Source: an uncultured Sterolibacterium sp.
Lineage (GTDB): Bacteria > Pseudomonadota > Gammaproteobacteria > Burkholderiales > Rhodocyclaceae
Direction of reading: 5' to 3'
Length of the DNA stretch: 64,000 nt
Assembly: GCA_964521075.1 (NCBI GenBank)
Contig: CAZFPI010000002.1
Location: 4,548-68,547 of the forward strand
The notes beneath the pieces were generated by a model. That model searched no databases and was not told where the DNA came from. It saw only the letters and a list, made by a program, of their open reading frames with translations. Within the stretch, counting starts at the first letter, position 1. Each line of letters begins with the position of its first letter. A program made the position numbers and the translations under genes. Of this stretch, positions 46,149-56,350 are shown piece by piece.

Positions 46149-48608
46149 TTGAATAAATTCGTCAAAAAACCCGCTTCGCTCACGCTGAGCCTGGCCATTG
46201 CCCAGCTCTTCGCCGCACCGGTTTACGCCCAGGCCACCAAGGCCGCCGATGCGCCCCAGACCGGTGCCATCGAAGAAGTCATCGTGACCGCGCAAAAGCG
46301 CAAGGAAAACCTGCAAGACGTGCCAATCTCCATCCAGGCACTGGGCATGAAGGACATCGAAAAGCGCAACATCGTCACTCTGTCCAATATCGGCGCGGAA
46401 GTCCCCGGCCTCAATCTCGCCCCCTACCCGGGCAGCAGCGAAGCCTTCTTCCCCACCTTCCGCGGCATCACCACCAACGCCGTGTTCGTCAGCGCGCCCA
46501 ACCCCGTCGCCTTCCACGTCGATGGCGTCTTCCGCTCGCAGCTCGTGGGCCTGAACAATGCCGCAGGCGACATCGAACGTATCGAAGTTCTGAAAGGCCC
46601 GCAAGGCGTGCTCTCCGGCCGTAACGCCACGGGCGGTGCGGTCAATCTGCATTACGCCAAGGCCGACCTCGACGGCTTCGGCTTCAAGCAACAGCTCACC
46701 TTCGCCAATCGCGGCCAACTCGTTTCCAAGACGGTCGTCAATCTGCCGATCAAGGACGACCTGGCCATGCGTCTGTCCTATCTGCATCGCCAGAAAGACA
46801 GCGACGGCGTGACCAACTCTGCCCCGGGCGGTGTGCAGTTCGGCAAGCTCAATGGCGATGGCTATCGCGTCGATATCCGCTGGAAACCCAGCTCGGCCTT
46901 CACGATGGACTACGCTTACGACAACACTGAAACCAAGAGCTACGACACGCCGCCGCAGTGCCTGATCGCCGGGAATGGCGCGCGTGGCTATCAGGGTGGA
47001 CTGAACTACTTCCTTTGGGATCCTCGCGTGGCGGCCTATGCCAACGGGTGCTCCAGAGACAAGCTCGACAAGCTTTCCGTACCGTTCAATTTTGCCAAGA
47101 ACGTAAACAAGACCGAGGCACATACCCTCAATATCAACTGGGAAGTCGATCCGAAGCTGACCATTCGCTCGATCACCGGCTACAACGTGGTGGATACGCT
47201 CAACCATTACCACTACGGTGCTTACGCGGGGGGAGCGGATGTGCGCCAGGATAGCTATCCGACCACCTTCATGACAGCCACCGGCCCGATGGCACTGGGC
47301 CAGCCGATGGTGCTGTACAACAAGTCCTGGTCGCAGGAATTCCAGTTCCTGGGCGATGTCTCGAAGACGCTCAAGTACACCACCGGGCTTTATTTCTCGA
47401 CGGAAGAGGGATACCAGCATTCCGGGCCCAATATCGGTGTGTATCTGCCCTCCATCATGGCAGGCCAGGTCCCCCCGGCATTGACCGGCTTCAACGATCT
47501 TCTGATGATCGACCACAAGGGGCTGACTTCCTCGAAGAGCGATTCCTGGGCGATCTTCGCCCAGGTGACCTGGACACCGGACATCCTGGACAGCAAGCTG
47601 GACATCGTCCCGGGTCTGCGTTTCACCCGCGACCATCGTACTGCGGTGGGTTACAACTTCGGCTGGGATCAAACCTATGTGGTCAATCCCCTCATCAATA
47701 CTGCGGTCGGCTTCGGCCCGGGAACCGGTGGCCCCAACATCACGCCGTTTAACAATGTTTCCGGCGATCGCAAGTGGACCAAGACCACCCCGGCCGTTTC
47801 CTTCAACTACCACTGGCAAAAAGACCTGATGACCTACTTCAAGTATTCATCGGCCTACACCAGTGGCGGCTTCGACCCCATCGCCGGCCCGGGTAACGGT
47901 GCGGCAGCCTTTGCCAACGGCTTCGATCCGGAAACGATCAAGTCCATCGAAATGGGTGTGAAGGGCGAGTTCCTGGAGCGTCGTCTGCGGACCAACCTGG
48001 CGGTCTTCCAGAGCAAGTTCACCAACGAGCAGAAATCGACGGCCCAGGCTTCGAATGGCTGGCAGACGGTGAACGTCGGTCGTTCGACCTATCAGGGTCT
48101 GGAGCTGGATGTGACAGCCTCTTTGACCGACAGCCTGCGTCTGGGCCTGAACTACGCCTACCTGCACCACAAGTACAACCAGTGGATCGACCCTGTCAGC
48201 AAGGTGGATGTCACGGCACAGCGCGACCTGATCGTACCGAAGAACGATTACGCGGTGAATCTCGACTATCGTTTCCCGAACTTCGGCTTGCCCGGCAAGC
48301 TCGATGCCAACCTGAACTTCACGCACAAGGACGCCACTTCGACGCCGATCGCGCTGAACATCCCCTACATTCCCGATCCGCGTACGCCGCTGACCACGCC
48401 GGCATACAGCCTGTGGAACGCACGCCTGGCTCTCTCGCAGATCAAGGCGGGCCCGAAGGATGAAGGCCGGGTGACGGTTGCCTTGTGGGCGAAGAACATC
48501 ACCAACAAGAAGTACCTCATCATGGCCAACCCGGGCTGGGCAACAGAAATGTCCGGTAACTGGGGCGAGCCGCGCAGCGTCGGGATGGACCTGATCTACA
48601 AGTACTAA
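46149..48608 (+). CDS. TonB-dependent outer-membrane receptor
   Basis: TTG start with AGGAG 6 nt upstream. The signal peptide is LNKFVKKPASLTLSLAIAQLFAAPVYAQA. The plug region has EEVIVTAQKRKENLQDVPISI. The C-terminal beta-barrel ends ...SVGMDLIYKY, with an aromatic terminal residue. Confidence 0.9.
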   Translation: MNKFVKKPASLTLSLAIAQLFAAPVYAQATKAADAPQTGAIEEVIVTAQKRKENLQDVPISIQALGMKDIEKRNIVTLSNIGAEVPGLNLAPYPGSSEAFFPTFRGITTNAVFVSAPNPVAFHVDGVFRSQLVGLNNAAGDIERIEVLKGPQGVLSGRNATGGAVNLHYAKADLDGFGFKQQLTFANRGQLVSKTVVNLPIKDDLAMRLSYLHRQKDSDGVTNSAPGGVQFGKLNGDGYRVDIRWKPSSAFTMDYAYDNTETKSYDTPPQCLIAGNGARGYQGGLNYFLWDPRVAAYANGCSRDKLDKLSVPFNFAKNVNKTEAHTLNINWEVDPKLTIRSITGYNVVDTLNHYHYGAYAGGADVRQDSYPTTFMTATGPMALGQPMVLYNKSWSQEFQFLGDVSKTLKYTTGLYFSTEEGYQHSGPNIGVYLPSIMAGQVPPALTGFNDLLMIDHKGLTSSKSDSWAIFAQVTWTPDILDSKLDIVPGLRFTRDHRTAVGYNFGWDQTYVVNPLINTAVGFGPGTGGPNITPFNNVSGDRKWTKTTPAVSFNYHWQKDLMTYFKYSSAYTSGGFDPIAGPGNGAAAFANGFDPETIKSIEMGVKGEFLERRLRTNLAVFQSKFTNEQKSTAQASNGWQTVNVGRSTYQGLELDVTASLTDSLRLGLNYAYLHHKYNQWIDPVSKVDVTAQRDLIVPKNDYAVNLDYRFPNFGLPGKLDANLNFTHKDATSTPIALNIPYIPDPRTPLTTPAYSLWNARLALSQIKAGPKDEGRVTVALWAKNITNKKYLIMANPGWATEMSGNWGEPRSVGMDLIYKY

Positions 48609-48665
48609 ACCCGAACCGTACCGCCGCCCCGGACTTCGGCGCGGCGGCTCCGGTGATCCGCAAAG

Positions 48666-48700
48666 AAACCGCCCCCATCAAAAGTGGGGGCGGTTTTTAT
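48666..48700 (+). terminator. Rho-independent terminator after the TonB-dependent receptor gene
   Basis: AAACCGCCCCC-ATCAAAAGT-GGGGGCGGTTT followed by a T-run (TTTTTAT). Confidence 0.75.
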
Positions 48701-48726
48701 TGTCCGGCCCCAAAATGCATGAAGCC

Positions 48727-48800
48727 TTCACCCCGGCGAACGCCGGGGCCCAGGGGGAAGCCAGCCCGCTACTGGCTTCCGGCTTTCGCCGGAATGACGA
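48727..48800 (+). repeat. REP-like double-hairpin element, copy B
   Basis: TTCACCCCGGCGAACGCCGGGGCCCAG ... GAAGCCAG-N8-CTGGCTTC ... CTTCCGGCTTTCGCCGGAATGACG. It is the same family and orientation as 2347..2413. It lies between the convergent TBDR and liuE genes. Confidence 0.7.
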
Positions 48801-48839
48801 AAACTTTAGGGATGGCTGATTAATCCGCGATCCGGAATT

Positions 48840-49751
48840 TCAGCCTGACGATGCTGCGGCTGACATCGCCTGGCTGACGCGCGATGCGGGGAGGCGGTTC
48901 AGCTGCGCGCTGATCCAGGCGGCGGTGTCGACCAGGCGGCCGAGATTGACGCCCGTGCCGATTCCCAGCCCCTGCATCAGCCAGACGACTTCTTCGGTGG
49001 CGACATTGCCCGATGCTCCGGGTGCGTAGGGGCAGCCGCCCAGACCGGCGACAGAGCTATCGAAAACACGGATGCCCACTTCCATCGCAGCGTAGATATT
49101 GGCGATGGCCATGCCATAAGTGTCGTGAAAATGCCCTGCCAGCCGTTCGACGGGCACATCGCGGGCAACCGCTTCGATCATGGCCTGGGCCTTGCGGGGA
49201 GTCCCCGCGCCGATGGTGTCGCCCAGGCTGATTTCCTCAACACCCATTTCAAAAAGGGCACGGGCAAGCCGGCGAACATCGTCGGGAGGAATCTCGCCTT
49301 GCCAGGGGCAAACGAGCGCGCAGGAGACATAGCCGCGCACGGCCACACCCGAGGCCCGTGCCCGGGTAATGACGGGCTCGAAACGACGCAGCGATTCGTC
49401 GATGCTGCATTGGATGTTTTTTTGCGAAAAGGCTTCCGAGGCAGCGGCGAAAACGGCGATTTCGTCAACTCTCGCCGCCAGGGCACCGGCCATACCCTGT
49501 GCATTGGGCACAAGCGCGGAATAGCGCACTCCGGGCAAACGGGGAAGCCCGGCCAGTACATCGCCGCTCCCTGCCATCTGCGGCACACGGCGGGGAGAGA
49601 CGAAAGCCCCCGCCTCGATATGCCGTAGTCCGCAGGCGGCAAGACGTTCGATCAGGGCAATCCTGTTTTCAACGGAAACAGGCCGGGGCTCGTTTTGCAA
49701 GCCATCTCGCGGGCCAACTTCGACGATACGGACTTCGGTGGGCAGCTTCAT
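48840..49751 (-). CDS. liuE: Hydroxymethylglutaryl-CoA lyase
   Basis: 303 aa. Sequence includes VEVGPRDGLQNE...HFHDTYGMAIANI...GLGGCPYAPGASGNVATE. It is the last gene of the liu operon. Confidence 0.9.
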   Translation of the reverse strand: MKLPTEVRIVEVGPRDGLQNEPRPVSVENRIALIERLAACGLRHIEAGAFVSPRRVPQMAGSGDVLAGLPRLPGVRYSALVPNAQGMAGALAARVDEIAVFAAASEAFSQKNIQCSIDESLRRFEPVITRARASGVAVRGYVSCALVCPWQGEIPPDDVRRLARALFEMGVEEISLGDTIGAGTPRKAQAMIEAVARDVPVERLAGHFHDTYGMAIANIYAAMEVGIRVFDSSVAGLGGCPYAPGASGNVATEEVVWLMQGLGIGTGVNLGRLVDTAAWISAQLNRLPASRVSQAMSAAASSG

Positions 49752-51772
49752 CCGGCTTCCGTTTCCGGGACAAAATCCACCAGCACGGCTTCTTCACCCA
49801 CGAGCTCGCCCACGGCATGAGGAAAGCTCCGGACGAGGCCATCGGCCGGGGCGCGGATCGTTGTTTCCATTTTCATGGCTTCGAGGATGAGCAGCGGAGC
49901 AGCAGCTTTCACGCGCTCGCCCGGGCGAACGAGCAGGGCAACCACCTTGCCGGGCATGGGCGAAGTGAGCCGGTGTTCCGCACCAGATACCGCGCCATGC
50001 CCCTGCAAAGGGTCCACGCAGACGAACACATGAGCCTCCCCCTCGAACCAGACATGACATCGCGCTTCATCGAAAACGATACTGGCCTGGAGGTGGTGGC
50101 CGTCGATTTGCGCGCTCAGGTGGTTTTCGCTTTGCCATTCTGCCCGGGCAAACCGGTGCTGCCCGTCGAGTTCGAGACGAAAACCCTGGTCTTGCCGTGT
50201 CAGAAAAACGGTGCGGTTTCGTGCCAGGCTCTCGTGGCGGAAATGACAGCGGTGCGGGGCTTTCCCCGTCAAACGCCAGCCATCCTGGCAATGCCACGGA
50301 TCATTCCCGCACTCCCCGGAGGCGGCTGGCAGCACTTTCGCCAAAGCCGCCAGCAGCCAGACTTCATCGGAAGGCAGAAGTGATGCCGGAGACAAAAGCC
50401 CGCTCCCTTCCCTGTCGATCAACCGCGTATCGTGCGCGCCACGCCGAAATGGCGGGCAAGCGGCCAGCCGCGAAAGAAAACTGATATTGCTGGCCAGGCC
50501 CAGCAGCTGGCACTGCGCCAGTGCCGCCCGCAAGCGCATCAAGGCCTCATCGCGCGTCGTTCCGACGACGATGAGCTTGGCGATCATCGGATCGTAAAAA
50601 GGCGGGATCATGTCACCGGCATCCACCCCCCGATCGATGCGGCAAGCCGCGCCCTCCCCGGGCAAGGCAAGATGCAGCAGGCGGCCGGGGGCGGGCAGGA
50701 AATCCCGCGCGGGATCTTCAGCGCAGATTCGCGCCTCGATGGCGTGGCCGTTGATCCGAACGGCTTCCTGCGTCATCGGCAAAGGCTCGCCTGCGGCAAC
50801 GCGCAACTGCCACTCGACAAGATCGAGCCCGGTAATCATTTCCGTCACCGGATGCTCGACCTGCAGGCGGGTGTTCATCTCCATGAAATAGAACGCACCA
50901 TCGGGGGAAGCGGCATCGACGATGAATTCCACCGTACCCGCCCCCACATAGCCGGCCGATCTCGCAGCCAGGAGAGCCGCCTCGCCCATGGCTGCGCGGC
51001 GGGCAGAAGTCATGCCCGGTGCCGGTGCCTCTTCCAGCACTTTCTGGTGGCGACGCTGTACGGAGCAGTCACGCTCGAACAGATGGATGACATTGCCATG
51101 TGTGTCGGCAAAGATCTGTATCTCGATATGCCGGGCGCAAGCAAGATATTTTTCGATCAGGACGCGGCCATCGCCAAAGGAAGACAGTGCCTCACGCTGA
51201 CAGGCCGCAAGAATATCGGCAAATTTTCCGTCTCCTGCCTGCCCGATGTCACTTTCCTGAACGACGCGCATACCTTTGCCACCACCGCCAGCCACGGGCT
51301 TGAGCAGCACGGGATAGCCGATGGAATCTGCCTGGGCCTGCAGGAAATCCGCATCTTGCCGTTCGCCGTGATACCCCGGTGCTACCGGCACACCCGCCTG
51401 TTCCATCCTTGCGCGGGCGGCGGATTTCGAGCCCATGGCGCGAATGGCACCGGGCGGCGGGCCGATGAAGACAAGCCCTGCGGCTTCGCAAGCCTGCGCG
51501 AAATCCGCATTCTCGGAAAGGAAGCCATAGCCCGGATGCACGGCCTGCGCGCCGCTTTTGCGGCAGGCATCGATAATGCACCCGATGGAAAGATAGGAAG
51601 AACGCGCATCCGATGCGCCGATGTACCAGGCCTCATCCGCGAGCCGGACATGACGGGCACGGGCATCGGCATCGGAATACACGGCGACGGTACGAATCCC
51701 CAGCCGCCGCGCTGTTTTCAGGATGCGGCAGGCGATTTCCCCCCGGTTTGCGATCAGGATTTTGTCGAACAT
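49748..51772 (-). CDS. liuD: 3-methylcrotonyl-CoA carboxylase alpha subunit (biotin carboxylase + BCCP)
   Basis: 674 aa. Sequence includes MFDKILIANRGEIACR... It has an ATP-grasp domain and a C-terminal biotinylation motif (EAMKMET). Confidence 0.95.
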   Translation of the reverse strand: MFDKILIANRGEIACRILKTARRLGIRTVAVYSDADARARHVRLADEAWYIGASDARSSYLSIGCIIDACRKSGAQAVHPGYGFLSENADFAQACEAAGLVFIGPPPGAIRAMGSKSAARARMEQAGVPVAPGYHGERQDADFLQAQADSIGYPVLLKPVAGGGGKGMRVVQESDIGQAGDGKFADILAACQREALSSFGDGRVLIEKYLACARHIEIQIFADTHGNVIHLFERDCSVQRRHQKVLEEAPAPGMTSARRAAMGEAALLAARSAGYVGAGTVEFIVDAASPDGAFYFMEMNTRLQVEHPVTEMITGLDLVEWQLRVAAGEPLPMTQEAVRINGHAIEARICAEDPARDFLPAPGRLLHLALPGEGAACRIDRGVDAGDMIPPFYDPMIAKLIVVGTTRDEALMRLRAALAQCQLLGLASNISFLSRLAACPPFRRGAHDTRLIDREGSGLLSPASLLPSDEVWLLAALAKVLPAASGECGNDPWHCQDGWRLTGKAPHRCHFRHESLARNRTVFLTRQDQGFRLELDGQHRFARAEWQSENHLSAQIDGHHLQASIVFDEARCHVWFEGEAHVFVCVDPLQGHGAVSGAEHRLTSPMPGKVVALLVRPGERVKAAAPLLILEAMKMETTIRAPADGLVRSFPHAVGELVGEEAVLVDFVPETEAG

Positions 51773-52578
51773 GGCGCGATATCCTGTGAATTTCTCTCAC
51801 ACCAGCGGGGCGAACGCCGTTCGAGGAAAGCACGCATGCCTTCTTGCGCCTCACTGCCTGCGCGTATCGTGGCGATGCGCTGCGCCGTATCCTCCACCAG
51901 AGCCGGGCTCACAGGCTGCCCGGCCACACCGGCGATGAGCTGCTTGCAGGCAGCAAGCGCGCGGGGGCCGTTTTTCATCAGAGAGAGGGTCAGGTCTTGC
52001 ATTACGACATCCAGCCCGGATTCATTGGCCACGAGCTCATGGAGCAAGCCGATTTCCCGCGCAGTTTCTGCGGTGAAAACTTCTGCCGTGAGCAGATAAC
52101 GATGCGCGTATCGCTCGCCAATGGCGCGAATCACATGCGGACCGATGGCGGCAGGAATGAGCCCCAGACGCACTTCCGTCAGGGCGAAGCGGGCATTCCG
52201 CGTGGCGATGGCGATGTCGCAGGCGGCAATCAGGCCAACCCCCCCGCCGTAGGCCGGGCCTTGCACCCGGGCGATCGTGGGCTTGTCGAGCATGGAGAGC
52301 TTTTGCAGCATGCGGGCAAGGCAGCGGGCATCGTCGAGATTTTCTGACGACGAGCGGGCGGCAGCCGCGCGCATCCAGTCAAGGTCCGCTCCGGCAGAAA
52401 AGCTCGGCCCATTAGCCGCCAGCACGAGAACACGCACCCTGGCATCGGCGGATACGGCGTCGAAGGCTGCATCGAGCGCGGCAATGGTCGCGGCATCGAA
52501 GGCGTTGTGACGCTCCGGGCGATTCAGGGTGAGCCTGGCAATGCCGTCCTGGATGTCGATCTGCAAAGGAGAGGACAT
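51754..52578 (-). CDS. liuC: Methylglutaconyl-CoA hydratase (crotonase family)
   Basis: 274 aa. Sequence includes LTLNRPERHNAF...FSAGADL...GPAYGGGVGL. Its position between liuB and liuD supports the call. Confidence 0.8.
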   Translation of the reverse strand: MSSPLQIDIQDGIARLTLNRPERHNAFDAATIAALDAAFDAVSADARVRVLVLAANGPSFSAGADLDWMRAAAARSSSENLDDARCLARMLQKLSMLDKPTIARVQGPAYGGGVGLIAACDIAIATRNARFALTEVRLGLIPAAIGPHVIRAIGERYAHRYLLTAEVFTAETAREIGLLHELVANESGLDVVMQDLTLSLMKNGPRALAACKQLIAGVAGQPVSPALVEDTAQRIATIRAGSEAQEGMRAFLERRSPRWCERNSQDIAPCSTKS

Positions 52579-52587
52579 GGGGCATCC

Positions 52588-54195
52588 TTACATGCGGAAC
52601 ACGCCGAAGCGTGTGGGTTCAATGGGCGCATTGAGCGATGCGGAAATCCCGAGGGCCAGGGCGCGGCGGGTTTGTGCCGGGTCGAGAAGGCCATCGTCCC
52701 AGAGCCTTGCCGTAGCGTAATAGGGGTGGCCCTGGGTTTCGTACTGCTGGCGGATCGGATGTTTGAAAACTTCCTCATCCTCCGTGGACCAGGATTGCCC
52801 TTCCGCTGCCATCGCATCGCGGCGGATCGTGGCGAGTACCGAGGCGGCCTGCTCGCCGCCCATGACGGAAATCCGGGCATTGGGCCACATCCAGAGCAGA
52901 CGTGGATCATAGGCACGTCCGCACATGCCGTAATTGCCCGCGCCAAAGGAGCCGCCGATGATGAGGGTGAACTTTGGCACTTGCGCGCAGGCAACCGCTG
53001 TGACCATCTTCGCGCCATCCCGGGCGATCCCGGTGTTTTCGGCCTTTCGCCCGACCATGAAGCCCGTGATGTTCTGCAGGAAAAGCAGTGGAATCCCGCG
53101 CTGGGCGCACAGCTGAACGAAATGGGCACCCTTCTGGGCAGATTCGCCAAACAGGATGCCGGTGTTGGCGACGATGCCAATCGGGTAACCGTGGATGTGA
53201 GAAAAACCTGTCACCAGCGTCGTGCCATAGCGCGTCTTGAATTCGTCAAAGCGCGAACCATCGACGAGCCGGGCGATGACTTCGCGCACATCAAACGGCT
53301 TGCGCGGGTCGGCAGGCAAGAGCCCGTAGAGCTCTGCGGCGTCATAGCGCGGCTCTTCGGGCGGGGCCAGATCGAGAGAAACGTTTTTTTTCCGGTTGAG
53401 ATTACCCACGATCTGCCGGCACAGGGCCAGCGCATGCAGATCATTTTCAGCCAGATGATCCGCCACACCGGACAGACGGGTGTGCACATCGCCTCCGCCG
53501 AGCTCTTCGGCTGTCACGACTTCACCCGTTGCCGCCTTGACGAGCGGCGGGCCGCCAAGAAAGATCGTGCCCTGATTCCTGACGATGATGGTTTCGTCCG
53601 ACATGGCCGGAACATACGCGCCACCCGCCGTGCACGACCCCATGACAACGGCAATCTGCGGAATGCCTTGCGCCGAAAGATTCGCCTGGTTGAAAAAGAT
53701 GCGGCCGAAGTGTTCGCGGTCAGGAAACACTTCATCCTGCATGGGCAGGTTGGCTCCGCCGGAATCGACGAGGTAAAGGCAAGGCAAGCGATTCTGGCGG
53801 GCGATTTCCTGGGCGCGCAGATGCTTTTTGACGGTGACCGGGTAATAGGAGCCCCCCTTCACCGTCGCATCGTTCGCAACGATCATGCACTCCGTGCCTT
53901 TGACGCAGGCGATGCCGCAGACGATGCCGCCCGAGGCGACTTCATTGCCGTACATGCCCCAGGCAGCCATGGGCGAGAGTTCGAGAAAGGGCGAGCCAGG
54001 GTCGACCAGATGATCGATGCGCTCCCGCACCAGCAATTTGCCGCGTGCCGTGTGGCGCGCGCGGTGGGCAGACGGGCCGCCCGACATCGCTTGCGCCTCT
54101 TTGCTTTGCAGGTCAGCCACGAGCGAACGCATGGCGGCAGCATTGGCGAGAAACTCCTCGCTGCGGGGGTCGAGACTGGAGGAAATGACACTCAT
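52588..54195 (-). CDS. liuB: 3-methylcrotonyl-CoA carboxylase beta subunit (carboxyltransferase)
   Basis: 535 aa from the internal ATG ([22 protein letters not shown]...). Sequence includes [19 protein letters not shown]...[10 protein letters not shown]. Confidence 0.95.
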   Translation of the reverse strand: MSVISSSLDPRSEEFLANAAAMRSLVADLQSKEAQAMSGGPSAHRARHTARGKLLVRERIDHLVDPGSPFLELSPMAAWGMYGNEVASGGIVCGIACVKGTECMIVANDATVKGGSYYPVTVKKHLRAQEIARQNRLPCLYLVDSGGANLPMQDEVFPDREHFGRIFFNQANLSAQGIPQIAVVMGSCTAGGAYVPAMSDETIIVRNQGTIFLGGPPLVKAATGEVVTAEELGGGDVHTRLSGVADHLAENDLHALALCRQIVGNLNRKKNVSLDLAPPEEPRYDAAELYGLLPADPRKPFDVREVIARLVDGSRFDEFKTRYGTTLVTGFSHIHGYPIGIVANTGILFGESAQKGAHFVQLCAQRGIPLLFLQNITGFMVGRKAENTGIARDGAKMVTAVACAQVPKFTLIIGGSFGAGNYGMCGRAYDPRLLWMWPNARISVMGGEQAASVLATIRRDAMAAEGQSWSTEDEEVFKHPIRQQYETQGHPYYATARLWDDGLLDPAQTRRALALGISASLNAPIEPTRFGVFRM

Positions 54196-54221
54196 GATAT
54201 TCGGGTAACGTGAACGTTTGC

Positions 54222-55412
54222 TCAGGAAAGTCTCGTTTGCTCGAACAGCTCGCGGCCAATCAGCATGCGGCGGATTTCGCTCGTGCCCGCGCCGATTTCG
54301 TAAAGTTTGGCATCGCGCCACAGGCGGCCTGCCGGGCAGTCGTTGGTATAGCCTATCCCACCCAGGGCCTGTATCGTCTCCCCCGCCATCCAGGTAGCTT
54401 TTTCGGCAGCGTAGAGAATGGCTCCGGCCGCATCCTTGCGTAATGCCCGCACAGCGGCGGGATGGCTGCCTGCCTCATCGCAGGCCCGCCCGACGGCATA
54501 GACGAAACTGCGGGCGGCCATCCATATCGCATACATATCGGCCAGCTTGCCCTGCATGAGCTGAAACTCACCAATGGCCTGATTGAACTGGCGACGTTCA
54601 TGCACATAAGGCAGCACGAGCTCCATGCAGGCGGCCATGATGCCCAACGGCCCGCCTGCAAGCACCGCGCGTTCGAAGTCGAGGCCGGACATCAACACCT
54701 TCGCCCCCTCGCCCAGACCGCCGAGGATATTTTCCTCCGGCACTTCGCAGGCATCGAAAAAAAGCGGCCAGGTGTTTGAGCCACGCATGCCCAGTTTGTC
54801 GAGCGGCTGGCCATAAGACAAGCCCGGGCTGCCACGTTCGACCAGAAAGGCAGTCACACCCCGGCTGCCTGCCTGCGGGTCCGTCCGGGCATAAACCACC
54901 AGCACATCGGCATCTCCCCCGTTCGTGATCCACATTTTTGCGCCGTTGAGCACATACCGGTTGCCCTTCTTTTCGGCGCGCAGCTTCATGCTCATGACAT
55001 CCGACCCGGCTTCGGGTTCGGACATGGCCAGCGCGCCGATGTTGTCTCCGGCAATGAGTCCGGGCAGGTAACGGCTTTTCTGTGCTGCCGTGCCATTGCG
55101 CCTGATCTGGTTGATGCACAAATTGGAATGCGCGCCCCAGGAAAGCCCGACAGCTGCCGAAGCACGGGAGATTTCTTCCATGGCGAGGATATGGGCCAGG
55201 TAACCCATGCGGCTGCCGCCGTAATCTTCTTCCACCGTCAACCCATGAAGGCCCAACCCCCCCATGCGTTTCCAGAGATCGGCCGGGAAGCGGTTGTCGC
55301 GGTCGATGCTCGCCGCGCGGGGTGCGATTTCAGTGTCGGCGAAACGCCGGACGGTGCTTTGCAGCAGGCGTTGCGTTTCAGAGAGAGGAAAATTCAGGGT
55401 GGGGATCATCAT
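54222..55412 (-). CDS. liuA: Isovaleryl-CoA dehydrogenase
   Basis: 396 aa. Sequence includes [14 protein letters not shown]...[10 protein letters not shown]...[19 protein letters not shown]. It is the first gene of a liuABCDE-ordered operon. Confidence 0.9.
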   Translation of the reverse strand: MMIPTLNFPLSETQRLLQSTVRRFADTEIAPRAASIDRDNRFPADLWKRMGGLGLHGLTVEEDYGGSRMGYLAHILAMEEISRASAAVGLSWGAHSNLCINQIRRNGTAAQKSRYLPGLIAGDNIGALAMSEPEAGSDVMSMKLRAEKKGNRYVLNGAKMWITNGGDADVLVVYARTDPQAGSRGVTAFLVERGSPGLSYGQPLDKLGMRGSNTWPLFFDACEVPEENILGGLGEGAKVLMSGLDFERAVLAGGPLGIMAACMELVLPYVHERRQFNQAIGEFQLMQGKLADMYAIWMAARSFVYAVGRACDEAGSHPAAVRALRKDAAGAILYAAEKATWMAGETIQALGGIGYTNDCPAGRLWRDAKLYEIGAGTSEIRRMLIGRELFEQTRLS

Positions 55413-55572
55413 TGTGTTCCTCCTTTTCCGGCCGATGGCGAATCTGAAATTTTGCAGGCACTGCCCCCAGCGGCTACGATGCTATTGGAAGGCAGCATTC
55501 GTTGCAATGGTCAGCAATTCATGTACAAGGATTCTTTCCGGGGTTTGCTCATATGTTCGCAGGGAGGATGTC

Positions 55573-56340
55573 ATGCAGATCAGGAACTCGGTCTTTGTCG
55601 TCACGGGCGGCGCGTCGGGCCTCGGAGCGGCGACAGTCGCCATGCTGGCGGAGCTGCAAGGGCGTGTGGTGATCGCCGATCTCAACAAGGCGGCTGGAGA
55701 AGCTCTCGCGCAACGCATCGGGGGAGATGTCTGTTATGCCGGTTGCGACGTGAGCGACCCGGCCAGCGCGCAATCCGCCATCGACACCGCGCGGGATCGT
55801 TTTGGTGGCCTGCACGGCCTCGTCAATTGCGCCGGCATCGCCCCGGCGGAAAAACTGGTGGGCTCTCTGGGGCCGCACCGGCTGGAGACATTCGCCCGCA
55901 CCCTCAGCATCAACCTGGTCGGAACGTTCAATATGTGCCGACTAGCCGCCGATGTCATGACACACAATGATCCGGTGGAAGACGGGGAACGGGGAGTGCT
56001 CATCAACACGGCTTCCATCGCTGCCTTTGAGGGCCAGATCGCACAGGTGGCTTACGCGGCATCCAAGGGAGGCGTAGCCAGCATGACGCTGCCCATCGCC
56101 CGGGAGCTCGCGCGCCATGGCATCCGCTGCATGGCCATCGCGCCGGGTATCTTCGAGACGCCACTGTTACAGGATCTCGCCCCCGAAGTTCAGGCATCCC
56201 TCAAAGGCACGGCGGTTTTCCCGCCCCGTGCCGGACGCGCCGTGGAATATGCCCGGCTGGTACGCGCCATCATCGAAAACCCCATGCTCAACGGAACCAC
56301 CCTGCGGCTGGACGGGGCCTTGAGGATGGCCGCGAAGTAA
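55573..56340 (+). CDS. Short-chain dehydrogenase, 3-hydroxyacyl-CoA dehydrogenase type II (HSD10)-like
   Basis: 255 aa from the internal ATG, with GGGAGG upstream. Sequence includes VVTGGASGLG...NCAGI...YAASKGGV...PGIFETPL. Confidence 0.85.
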   Translation: MQIRNSVFVVTGGASGLGAATVAMLAELQGRVVIADLNKAAGEALAQRIGGDVCYAGCDVSDPASAQSAIDTARDRFGGLHGLVNCAGIAPAEKLVGSLGPHRLETFARTLSINLVGTFNMCRLAADVMTHNDPVEDGERGVLINTASIAAFEGQIAQVAYAASKGGVASMTLPIARELARHGIRCMAIAPGIFETPLLQDLAPEVQASLKGTAVFPPRAGRAVEYARLVRAIIENPMLNGTTLRLDGALRMAAK

Positions 56341-56350
56341 ATCAGCCCAA

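Noticed and set aside
46050-47819. 589-aa minus-strand ORF antisense to the TonB-dependent receptor gene
   Set aside because: Shadow ORF with no signal peptide or motif. The plus-strand TBDR has a plug domain, a beta-barrel and a C-terminal aromatic residue.
50432-54213. 555-aa and 568-aa plus-strand ORFs antisense to liuD/liuC/liuB
   Set aside because: Shadow ORFs opposite very well-supported carboxylase and hydratase genes.
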